A program made the position numbers and the translations under genes. Source: Gemmatimonadales bacterium (GTDB lineage Bacteria; Gemmatimonadota; Gemmatimonadetes; Gemmatimonadales; GWC2-71-9). Taken from it: DNA of 64,000 nucleotides. The number at the start of each line of letters is the position of its first letter. The stretch's first letter is position 1. Below, piece by piece: positions 10,132 through 18,157 of the stretch. The notes under the pieces are model-generated. The model saw only the letters and a program-made list of their open reading frames with translations. It had not been told where the DNA came from and did no database searches. The DNA lies in NCBI GenBank assembly GCA_037189525.1, contig JBBCJC010000002.1:1216001-1280000 (forward strand). Reading direction: 5' to 3'.

Positions 10132-11337
10132 ATGTCGAAACGGTATGCTGTTGCAGCAACCGCGCTTGCTGCGATGCTCGCGCTCGGTGCCTGCAGCGAA
10201 GACGAGGGACCCGAAGTCGAGACCTTCAGCGTGCAGGTGCGGGTCGAATATCCCTCGACCTATGCCACGACGGCGGCGGGCGGCGCCACCGTGCGCCTCC
10301 GGAGCGTCGAACGGAACACGACGGATTCGGCAACGGCCGATGCAACCGGCACCGTCACGTTTCAGCAAATCGTACCCGGGTCCTACGAAGTGAGCGCGAG
10401 TCGCGCGCTGACCGAGGCGGAGTCGGCCACGCTGACGGGGCAGGCCATTGCCGTCAACCTGAACGGTGCCGTCGCCGCGCAATCGTTACTCGGCGCGCCG
10501 GCAACCCCGATCCTGGTGACGCTGGCTGGGTCGCGGGTTGGAGACCTCGTGCTCAAAGAGGTCTACTACACCGGAAGCCCGACGCCGTCCGGTGGCACCT
10601 ACTTCTCGGATCAGTTCTTCGAGATCTACAACAACTCGACCGACACGATCTACGTCGATTCGCTCTACATCGGCGATGCCTACGGCAACTCGGGGCAGAT
10701 CAACCCCTCGAGTCTGCCCACGCCGTTCCAGGCCGATCAGCAGCACGTCTACCTGAGCAGCGTCTGGATGATTCCCGGAAATGGCCGCGATCATCCGCTC
10801 GCGCCGGGCAAGAGCATCATCATCGCGCAGGATGGGATCAACCACCGGACCGATCCGCTGGGCAACCCCGATTCGCCGGTCGACCTCTCCAATGCGGATT
10901 GGGAGACCTACAACGAGCGTCCCGACAATCGTGATACCGATTCGCCCGGCGTTCCGAATCTGGAGCGGCGCTATTTCACCGGCGGATTCGATTGGCTGGT
11001 CCCCGTGTTCGGGCCGGGTATCGTGATCTTCCGGACCGCGAACTTCGATGCGCTCGAACGGACCCCGATTCCCGGGTCCGCGCTCGACCCGCGTATCAAG
11101 GTTCCGGTCGGCCAGGTCATCGATGCGTTCGAAGCGCTGCAGAATCCCAACAGCGCGTCGTACAAGCGCATCCCGGTTTCGCTCGATGCCGGATTCGTGT
11201 CAGCCGGTACCTACACCGGTGAGAGTGCGCGCCGGAAGGTGGCGAATACGATCGCGGGCCGGCGTGTCTATCACGATCGAAACAACACCGGCCTCGATTT
11301 CGAGATCATCGCGACTCCGACGCCGCGCGGACCTTGA
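10132..11337 (+). CDS. DUF4876-like lipoprotein
   Basis: Lipobox LALGAC; LVLKEVYYTGS, DQFFEIYNNS, DLSNADWE, DAGF, DRNNTGLDF motifs; follows the TonB receptor. Confidence 0.75.
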   Translation: MSKRYAVAATALAAMLALGACSEDEGPEVETFSVQVRVEYPSTYATTAAGGATVRLRSVERNTTDSATADATGTVTFQQIVPGSYEVSASRALTEAESATLTGQAIAVNLNGAVAAQSLLGAPATPILVTLAGSRVGDLVLKEVYYTGSPTPSGGTYFSDQFFEIYNNSTDTIYVDSLYIGDAYGNSGQINPSSLPTPFQADQQHVYLSSVWMIPGNGRDHPLAPGKSIIIAQDGINHRTDPLGNPDSPVDLSNADWETYNERPDNRDTDSPGVPNLERRYFTGGFDWLVPVFGPGIVIFRTANFDALERTPIPGSALDPRIKVPVGQVIDAFEALQNPNSASYKRIPVSLDAGFVSAGTYTGESARRKVANTIAGRRVYHDRNNTGLDFEIIATPTPRGP

Positions 11338-12809
11338 ACGCGCGATGCGGGATGACGGTCGTGTGCCTGCTGTTGCCCGGGGTTGCCTGGGCGCAGCAGG
11401 GCCGGCCGGAGGCGCGGGCATCGGCTGCTGCGCTTGCTCCGGATCTGGTGGTGTGGCGGGATACCACCGACGGCCTGCTGCGCGACGGCGTCAATCCGGC
11501 AGCGGCCTGGCGCCTGGGCTCGGTCGATCCGGTCGTCGTCGTCGGGCTTCGGCGGACTCAGGGCGGATGGCGCCGTCCCCAGGAAGCGGAGCGCCCGTTG
11601 GGAGCCGCGGCCGTTGCCGATGGCGGCCGTCCCATCGGACGCTGGTGGCTGGGCGGGCATTTCGGCTATCTGCGCGCCGAAGATCGTGGGGTACGCTGGA
11701 GCTCGGTGGCAGATCCGTATGCGGGGTCACCCTATGTCTGGGCCGATTCGATCGGGGGAGACTGGCGGCGGGATCATATCTCGACCGCCGCTACGCTCAG
11801 TTCACCACGCTGGCGTGCCTGGCGAAGCGGCCTGTCGGTGCGGTATGCCATCGGGCAGGGCTCACGAGACAACGACCCGCGTCCGCTCTACCGGATCAGG
11901 CGGATCGGTGTAACACCCGGCGTGACGGCCGATCTGGGAAAGCTTCGCATCGGTGCCACCGCCACACTGGCCTTCGAGCGCGAAGAGGGCGAGATCGGCG
12001 ACTACTCGCAGACCGATCCATTCGTCTTCCGGTTGCGAGGCATGACCACCTTCGATCGCACCGGCCTGCGTACCGCCGATCGGACCCGCGCGGGGCGGAC
12101 GGTTGCGGCGGGGGTGCAGCTGGCGGGACCGGGGGCCGGCTGGAGCGTCGCGCTCGATCATGGGGCCGATCGGGACAGCACTTTCGACGGTGTAGGCTCG
12201 CCGGCCGATGCCGGGCGTTTCCGGCGGACCTGGAGCCGGGGTGCGGCGCGAGCGCGGTTTGGCAGGATCGAAGGGGCGGTGTTCGGACGGACCGGCCGAG
12301 GGCGAGGCACTGATCCGGTCTTCAAAGCCGTGAACGTGGTCATGCAGGACGACACCGTAGGCCTCACGCTCCGGACCTGGCGCGGTGCCGGGCCGCACGT
12401 CGCTCCTCTGACCCTCGCGGCAGCGGCCGAGTGGAGCAAGTCGCTTCGGCGGGACGTGGCGGCAGGCGCCAGTTGGCGCGCCAGCGACCTCGACATGTCC
12501 CTCGGAGCGGCGCTCCGTCCTGGTCTGGCGCGCGGGCGCTGGCTCGTCGTAGGGCGCGCCGGATTGCTGCGCTCGTTGGACGCGGAGTATGTCGCCGGCC
12601 GCGCATCGGTCATGACATCGATTCTGGGCGAAGCGGACTATCGTCGCGCGGCGGCCGACGGATTTCACTGGCTCGTCGGCACCGGTTTCCAGATCGACAC
12701 CGGCCGCGCCGGCGATCTGATGCTGATGGTGGCCTATGCACGACGCGAGGCATCCGGTGGTGCCATGATGCGACGTGATGATTTGACCCTGACGATGGTA
12801 TTGCAATGA
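11334..12809 (+). CDS. Outer-membrane beta-barrel protein (DUF6850-like)
   Basis: Signal peptide; NPA, PYVWADS.GG, DPRP motifs; alternating amphipathic strands; overlaps neighbouring genes. Confidence 0.6.
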   Translation: MNARCGMTVVCLLLPGVAWAQQGRPEARASAAALAPDLVVWRDTTDGLLRDGVNPAAAWRLGSVDPVVVVGLRRTQGGWRRPQEAERPLGAAAVADGGRPIGRWWLGGHFGYLRAEDRGVRWSSVADPYAGSPYVWADSIGGDWRRDHISTAATLSSPRWRAWRSGLSVRYAIGQGSRDNDPRPLYRIRRIGVTPGVTADLGKLRIGATATLAFEREEGEIGDYSQTDPFVFRLRGMTTFDRTGLRTADRTRAGRTVAAGVQLAGPGAGWSVALDHGADRDSTFDGVGSPADAGRFRRTWSRGAARARFGRIEGAVFGRTGRGRGTDPVFKAVNVVMQDDTVGLTLRTWRGAGPHVAPLTLAAAAEWSKSLRRDVAAGASWRASDLDMSLGAALRPGLARGRWLVVGRAGLLRSLDAEYVAGRASVMTSILGEADYRRAAADGFHWLVGTGFQIDTGRAGDLMLMVAYARREASGGAMMRRDDLTLTMVLQ

Positions 12810-13630
12810 TCCGTATCCTGACGCTGATCCTCCTTGGTGCCGCCACCCCGCTGGTTGCTGAGCCGTGCTTCGATCTGGGTCGGCTGCCGCGCCAGGACCG
12901 GGCCTACGCCGACTCGCTGCTCCAGGAACTGGCCGACGGCGCCGGGCTCTATACCTTCGTCGGCGGGCTCAAGCCGATTTCCAGCGAACGGACCGCCTCG
13001 CTGGTCGTGTCACCGCAGGTCGACACCGTCCAACTGGCCGTGGTCGAGCGCTGGCGCCGGTTGCTTCCCGCCTTGCAGTGCGGAAAAGTGGGTGTGCTGG
13101 TGCAGCGGTATGCGATGGTGTATTCCGGACGGGATTCGGTCGAGCGGCGCGTCGCAGCCTCGCTGGTACTCTTCCATCGTGAAGGCGTGCGTCGCGCCAT
13201 TGCCAGCCACGCAGATTTCTTTGCCCGGCTCGGTCTCACCCCGTCGGCCGACCCCGATGAGGTGCTGGCCGTGATCGAGCATACCGACCGCGCCGACCGA
13301 TGGCGCGGGTACGGCTACCTCTTCGGGTATCCGGATCCTGCGGTCGACTTCTTCGTCGAAGCGGGAATCCGCGGCGATTCGCTGAAGACGGTCATCCCGC
13401 GCGACTTCCGGCGAGTCGAGACCTATCACAAATGGCCGGCCGAACGGGGAGGCCCGCCGACGCAGGCGACCTTCGTGTACGCCGTGCCCAAGGATGCACA
13501 GGAGACACCCGAAGACATCGCGCTCCGCGATCGGGCGGCGCCCATCTACGCCGAATATCTCCGGCGGCGTCCGAGCCGCCCCGGCGAGTTCGCGAAAACG
13601 ATGGGACGCTGGGTTCGCCAGCTTCGCTGA
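12806..13630 (+). CDS. Secreted hypothetical protein, last gene of the receptor operon
   Basis: ATGA overlap; signal peptide; LYT..GGLKPIS and RGYGYLFGYPD.AVDFFV motifs. Confidence 0.75.
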   Translation: MIRILTLILLGAATPLVAEPCFDLGRLPRQDRAYADSLLQELADGAGLYTFVGGLKPISSERTASLVVSPQVDTVQLAVVERWRRLLPALQCGKVGVLVQRYAMVYSGRDSVERRVAASLVLFHREGVRRAIASHADFFARLGLTPSADPDEVLAVIEHTDRADRWRGYGYLFGYPDPAVDFFVEAGIRGDSLKTVIPRDFRRVETYHKWPAERGGPPTQATFVYAVPKDAQETPEDIALRDRAAPIYAEYLRRRPSRPGEFAKTMGRWVRQLR

Positions 13631-13646
13631 ATAGGCAGGAACGAGT

Positions 13647-13682
13647 CGGCCGGCCAGACCCATCGAGGCATCTGGCCGGCCG
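13647..13682. terminator. GC-rich hairpin between convergent genes, possible bidirectional terminator
   Basis: CGGCCGGCCAGA-N12-TCTGGCCGGCCG; no clear U-tract. Confidence 0.4.
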
Positions 13683-13697
13683 GCCCATTTCAGGGGA

Positions 13698-16460
13698 CTA
13701 TCGGTTTGCGGGCGCGCTCGGCACTGGCGCGCCCACCCGTTTCTTCTCGGCGTCGAGCCGCTCGAGCGCGATCCCTTTCGTGATCCAGTCGGGAGCCGGT
13801 TCGCCTTTCAGGTAGTGCCCGAACCATTCCAGGATCCGGCGGTGGTAGTCGATCTGGTTCGGCTTCTTCCGGAATCCATGATCTTCATCTTCATACACCA
13901 GCAGCACCATCTGGCGATCTGCTCGGCGCGCAAAGTTGAAGAACTCGGTCGCCTGGAAGAACTCGACCACACCGTCCTTGTTGCCGTGCGCCATCAGCAG
14001 CGGCGTCTTCATCTCGTGGACCTTGTGTACCGGCGAGTTGCGATGATGCGCCTCGGGGTCTTCCCAATACGGCACCTCCATGCGCGCCTGGCCCGTTTCC
14101 CAGTGGTCGACCTCGGCACTACCGGTATTCCAATGGATCTGGCCCATGAAGCTCACGAAATCGGTGAGCGGCGCGCCGGCAATCGATGCGGCAAAAAGGT
14201 CGGTCCTGGTCGGTACGAAGGTCGCGATATAGCCGCCGTGGGAGTGGCCGATCAGGCCGACGCGCTTCGGGTCGATCAGCCCTTTGGCGACAACCGCGGC
14301 GACGGCGGGCCGCACGGTCTCGAGCGCGGCGACCCCGGGATCCCGGGCGCGGAAGTGGATATCGGGCATCAGCACGAAATATCCCTGCTGGGTCCACGCC
14401 GTATAGTTGTAATAGCTCCGCTCGCTCGGCGCCTGGAAGAAATGCACCTGATCCGACAACATCTCATAGGTGTACACGATCATCGGGTATCGCTTCGACG
14501 GATCGTATCCGGCGGGGTAGAGCAGGACGCCTTGCAGCGGCCGCCCGGTCTCGTTGGTAAAGTTGATCAACTCGCTCCGAGTCCAGGCGTAGTCTCCCAG
14601 AAACGGGTTGGTGTTGCTGATGGGCTTGCCCTGAGCCAGGGACGGGCCAGCCGCGATGTAGTTGGGTGATTCCGCCCGGGCTTCCCGGCGATAGAAAAAG
14701 CGATCGGCACTGTCGGCCCGCATCAGGCCGGCCAGGAAGCGATCCTCGAAGACCAGCCGTTCGATGGGCCGGTTGCGCGCGAGCACCGCGTAGCCGCGCT
14801 TTTCGGACCACTCGCCGCGCAGCGAGAGGAAGATCGGCTTGGCCGGGTCGAACGCCTGCTGGTCCGGAGAGGTGCGCACCAGGCGATGGATCACGCTGTC
14901 CCGAGCCCCGTCCGTCACCCGCTCGACCCGACCGCCGTCGGGGTTGGCGCGCCAGACGTCGAATTCGTCGTAGAGAAATACGGCGGCGTCACCCGTGGTC
15001 CAACCACCGACGCCGCGAGGGCGCGGCAGATCGGTCGGGGTATCGTCGTCGGTGTTTGCGAAGGCAGCGGAGACACCGGCCGTGAGATTGCGGCGAGCGC
15101 CGGTGACGAGATTATGAGTCCAATAGTCCTTCCCGTCGAACCACAACAGGTAGCGACCATCGGGACTCAACCATTCGTGCCGGACCTTTTCCAGGACGCG
15201 GGTGCGTTGTCCGGAGGCCAGATCGACCGACCAGACGTCATGGTAGGGCCGACCGAACTTGGTGCCCCACGGATAGGGCGACCGGACCCGTTCGATGCCA
15301 TGCCGCCAGCCGGTGGCGGTGAGCGCCTCCTCCATCAGGTCGGAGCCGACCCAGGTCAGGCGCTTCGCATCCGGCGCCCAGACGGCGAGCAGGGTGCGGC
15401 GCGCGGTGGCCTGTCGCTGCGCTTGCTGCATCGGAATGATTCGAACGTCGTTGGTGTGCCAGATCTGCACTCCCGGCAACTCGGCTGGCTTACTCGCTTG
15501 TGCGCTACGAGCGGAGTCGGGTTTCGCTGGCGTGGTGTCGGGCTCGACCGGCCGGAAGCCCAGACCGATTCGGGACCCGTCTTCCGACCAGGACGGCTTG
15601 CGATGCTCGACGATCTGGAGCGAGTCCGGCACGCCGAGGGCCTTGGGGTCGAGTTGCAGCCGAACCGGAGCTGGACGATCGACACCACGCCAGGCAAGCA
15701 GGGTGTACCCGTTGCCTGGTTTCGAAGCCGGACCGTTCGATCGGTAGACGGCCAGGTCGGCGCCCTTCTCACGCCAGGCGAGCTGGCGGTAGACGGACGA
15801 TGACGCGTCCAGGCCGGTCGTCCGGCCCGTTGCCGCATCCAGTACCTGCGCACCGTTGCCGCCATCCGTCCCGGTGGCAATCGTCACGGCAATCAGCGAT
15901 CCCACCCCGCTCCAGGCAAACTCGGCGACATTGCCGAGTGCCACTTCGGTGCCCGCGGCAAGGTCGAGGAGCCGGAGGTCGGCGCCCTTGCCCTTCGGCT
16001 CGTCTGGTGCGTAGCCGTGGAGGGCGAGGTATCGGCCGGTCGCATCGAATGTCGCGGCCGAGATCAACGGGAAGGTGCGCTCGACACCGGTTCGCAGATC
16101 GAGCAGGGTGGCGCCCGTCCGGATCGGCTTCTTCTCCCGGGTCAGCTTCTCACTTTCGTCGGGGGAGATGCCCACCGTCCACACCAGCCAGCGGCTCGAC
16201 GCGGCAAAGCGGGGATTGCTTCCCCACGCGGCGGTCCGGGTCGTATCGCGCTCGAGATCGGCGATGCGGAGCTCGCTGCGTTCATCCACGCGCGAGACCA
16301 GGTAGGCAAACCATCGTCCGTCGGGCGAAGGACGCCCGGCGCCGAGGGATTCGAACTTACCGTAGTCGGCCGGGGTCACCCCGGGCTTCGATTGGCCGGT
16401 GGCCAATCCCGAAGGAATGCAGAGGACGGTCGCCAACAGGAGGCTTGAGGAAAGCTTCAT
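13698..16460 (-). CDS. Secreted S9 family serine peptidase (prolyl oligopeptidase/acylaminoacyl peptidase)
   Basis: Signal peptide; beta-propeller; catalytic motifs GHSHGG, HGNKDGVV, EDHGF. Confidence 0.92.
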   Translation of the reverse strand: MKLSSSLLLATVLCIPSGLATGQSKPGVTPADYGKFESLGAGRPSPDGRWFAYLVSRVDERSELRIADLERDTTRTAAWGSNPRFAASSRWLVWTVGISPDESEKLTREKKPIRTGATLLDLRTGVERTFPLISAATFDATGRYLALHGYAPDEPKGKGADLRLLDLAAGTEVALGNVAEFAWSGVGSLIAVTIATGTDGGNGAQVLDAATGRTTGLDASSSVYRQLAWREKGADLAVYRSNGPASKPGNGYTLLAWRGVDRPAPVRLQLDPKALGVPDSLQIVEHRKPSWSEDGSRIGLGFRPVEPDTTPAKPDSARSAQASKPAELPGVQIWHTNDVRIIPMQQAQRQATARRTLLAVWAPDAKRLTWVGSDLMEEALTATGWRHGIERVRSPYPWGTKFGRPYHDVWSVDLASGQRTRVLEKVRHEWLSPDGRYLLWFDGKDYWTHNLVTGARRNLTAGVSAAFANTDDDTPTDLPRPRGVGGWTTGDAAVFLYDEFDVWRANPDGGRVERVTDGARDSVIHRLVRTSPDQQAFDPAKPIFLSLRGEWSEKRGYAVLARNRPIERLVFEDRFLAGLMRADSADRFFYRREARAESPNYIAAGPSLAQGKPISNTNPFLGDYAWTRSELINFTNETGRPLQGVLLYPAGYDPSKRYPMIVYTYEMLSDQVHFFQAPSERSYYNYTAWTQQGYFVLMPDIHFRARDPGVAALETVRPAVAAVVAKGLIDPKRVGLIGHSHGGYIATFVPTRTDLFAASIAGAPLTDFVSFMGQIHWNTGSAEVDHWETGQARMEVPYWEDPEAHHRNSPVHKVHEMKTPLLMAHGNKDGVVEFFQATEFFNFARRADRQMVLLVYEDEDHGFRKKPNQIDYHRRILEWFGHYLKGEPAPDWITKGIALERLDAEKKRVGAPVPSAPANR

Positions 16461-16503
16461 GCTCGATTCCGGGATAGGGGCAATTGCGCGATCGACGAGT
16501 TAA

Positions 16504-16525
16504 TGATAACATACTCTCGTTATCG
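16504..16525. promoter_or_regulatory. Fur/Zur-like operator C (TGATAAC-ATACTCTC-GTTATCG)
   Basis: 7-8-7 inverted repeat; spacer differs by 1 nt from site B; between the S9 peptidase and the fur pair (autoregulatory position). Confidence 0.78.
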
Positions 16526-16554
16526 CGATCACAGATGACTCTCTGATGGAGGGC

Positions 16555-16962
16555 ATGATAGCGCCATCCCTTCCTTCATGCGCCGATCGCCGCCCCACCC
16601 GTCAGCGGACGGTCGTCCGGGCGGTGTTCGAGGAGATTCGCCGGCCGCTCTCGGTCTTCGAAGTCCTGGAGTTCGGGCGCCGGGTGGTCCCTCGGCTCGG
16701 GATTGCCACCGTGTACCGGCATGTGCGCGAACTGGTGGGTGAGGGACAGCTGATTCCGGTCTGGCTCCCGGGAGGGGTTGTCCGATATGAGCTGGCCGGG
16801 CTGGCCCGGCATCACCACTTCCAGTGCGTGCAGTGCCACCGGGTTTTCGACCTCCACGGCGCGATTCTGGGGGTGGAACAGCTGCTGCCGAGACAGTTCC
16901 GGCTGGAGCGTCAGGAGCTGATCCTGCATGGTCACTGCGCCGATTGCGTCCCGCAGGATTAA
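16555..16962 (+). CDS. Fur-family transcriptional regulator 1 (Zur-like)
   Basis: TRQR, LGIATVYR, HHHFQCVQC, HGHCADC; GGAGG before ATG 16555. Confidence 0.9.
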   Translation: MIAPSLPSCADRRPTRQRTVVRAVFEEIRRPLSVFEVLEFGRRVVPRLGIATVYRHVRELVGEGQLIPVWLPGGVVRYELAGLARHHHFQCVQCHRVFDLHGAILGVEQLLPRQFRLERQELILHGHCADCVPQD

Positions 16963-17029
16963 CCCGCGAGTGGACCAGGTGCGGAGCCGTTTCGACCGGG
17001 CTATCTTGTGAGGGTCCTGAACCCGGTGA

Positions 17030-17413
17030 GTGGTTGTGACGCGGAATACCAGGCAGCGCGCGGCGATTCGGGCGGCTTTCGAAGAGAATCGTCGTCCTTT
17101 GAGCCCCGCCGAGGTGCTCGAATCTGCCAGCGGCGAGGTGGCGGGCTTGGGTATCGCCACGGTGTATCGGGGCATCAAGGCGCTGGTCGAAGAGGGCTGG
17201 CTGGTGCCGGTCGAACTGCCGGGAGAGCCCGATCGATACGAGCCGGCCGGGCTCGGCCATCACCACCATTTTCGCTGTCGCTCCTGTCGCCGAGTCTTCG
17301 ATCTGGAGGGCTGCGTCAAAGGCCTCCGGGATCTGGTACCCCGAAAGTTCCGTCTTGAAGGGCACGATCTCGTGCTGCTCGGCCAATGCGACACCTGCGC
17401 TCGGGCGGCTTGA
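17030..17413 (+). CDS. Fur-family transcriptional regulator 2 (Zur-like)
   Basis: TRQR, LGIATVYR, HHHHFRCRSC, GQCDTC. Confidence 0.92.
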   Translation: MVVTRNTRQRAAIRAAFEENRRPLSPAEVLESASGEVAGLGIATVYRGIKALVEEGWLVPVELPGEPDRYEPAGLGHHHHFRCRSCRRVFDLEGCVKGLRDLVPRKFRLEGHDLVLLGQCDTCARAA

Positions 17414-17520
17414 GCTAAGCCTCGAGACCTTCGCGGGCTCCGGATGTCCGCTCCGACTCCGCTGCTGAATCGCCCCGTCTAAAACGCCCCATTTCTGCGG
17501 GAAATACCGGTTCTCATTAC

Positions 17521-17552
17521 AATATAGATAATGAAATTGCATTATCTATATT
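17521..17552. promoter_or_regulatory. Fur/Zur-like operator D, extended palindrome AATATAGATAATG-AAATTG-CATTATCTATATT
   Basis: 13-bp perfect arms; core AGATAAT-N8-ATTATCT; upstream of DUF3299 paralog 2. Confidence 0.8.
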
Positions 17553-17587
17553 CTGATAGGTGTTCCGCGTGGATTGGGGAGGGCGTG

Positions 17588-18076
17588 ATGCGGTCGTATC
17601 GATGGAGTCTCGCGGTCGCGGTCCTGGTCGGCGGTGGGGCAGCCGGTACCGCTGTCGCGCAGCAGACGCAGGGCAAACCCAGGACGATCGATTTCTCCCT
17701 TCTGGGCAGTTACGACTATACCATGCCGAACCCGCTGGCTCCGCTCGATACGACGGCTTTGTCACCGATCCCTGCCGCGATTCGGGCTCTGCACGGCAAG
17801 CGAATTCAGATCACCGGGTTCATGCTGCCGATCGACCTGGATGAGGCGGGCTCGAATCGGTACATCCTGAACGGTTCCCTCGACATGTGCTACTTCGGGG
17901 CTCCGGTCCGGATCAACGAGTGGATCATGGTCACGATGAACCAGGGGAAGAAGGCCCGCTTTACGCACCTGCCGATGCGGGTTACCGGCGTGCTCGAAGT
18001 CGGTGAAGAGATCCGCAACGGGCGGATCATGAGTCTCTACCGCCTGCATGGCGACGACGCGCTGACCTACAGGTAA
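17588..18076 (+). CDS. DUF3299-like periplasmic protein, paralog 2
   Basis: Signal peptide; LHGKRIQITGFMLPID, NGSLDMCYFGAPVRINEWI. Confidence 0.8.
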   Translation: MRSYRWSLAVAVLVGGGAAGTAVAQQTQGKPRTIDFSLLGSYDYTMPNPLAPLDTTALSPIPAAIRALHGKRIQITGFMLPIDLDEAGSNRYILNGSLDMCYFGAPVRINEWIMVTMNQGKKARFTHLPMRVTGVLEVGEEIRNGRIMSLYRLHGDDALTYR

Positions 18077-18157
18077 CTGCCGATGCCGTCTGCTCCAGTC
18101 TCTCGCCTGGTTCTGCCTCCGGGCCAGGCTGTCGTGGGTTTACCGAGGATTTCCGTC

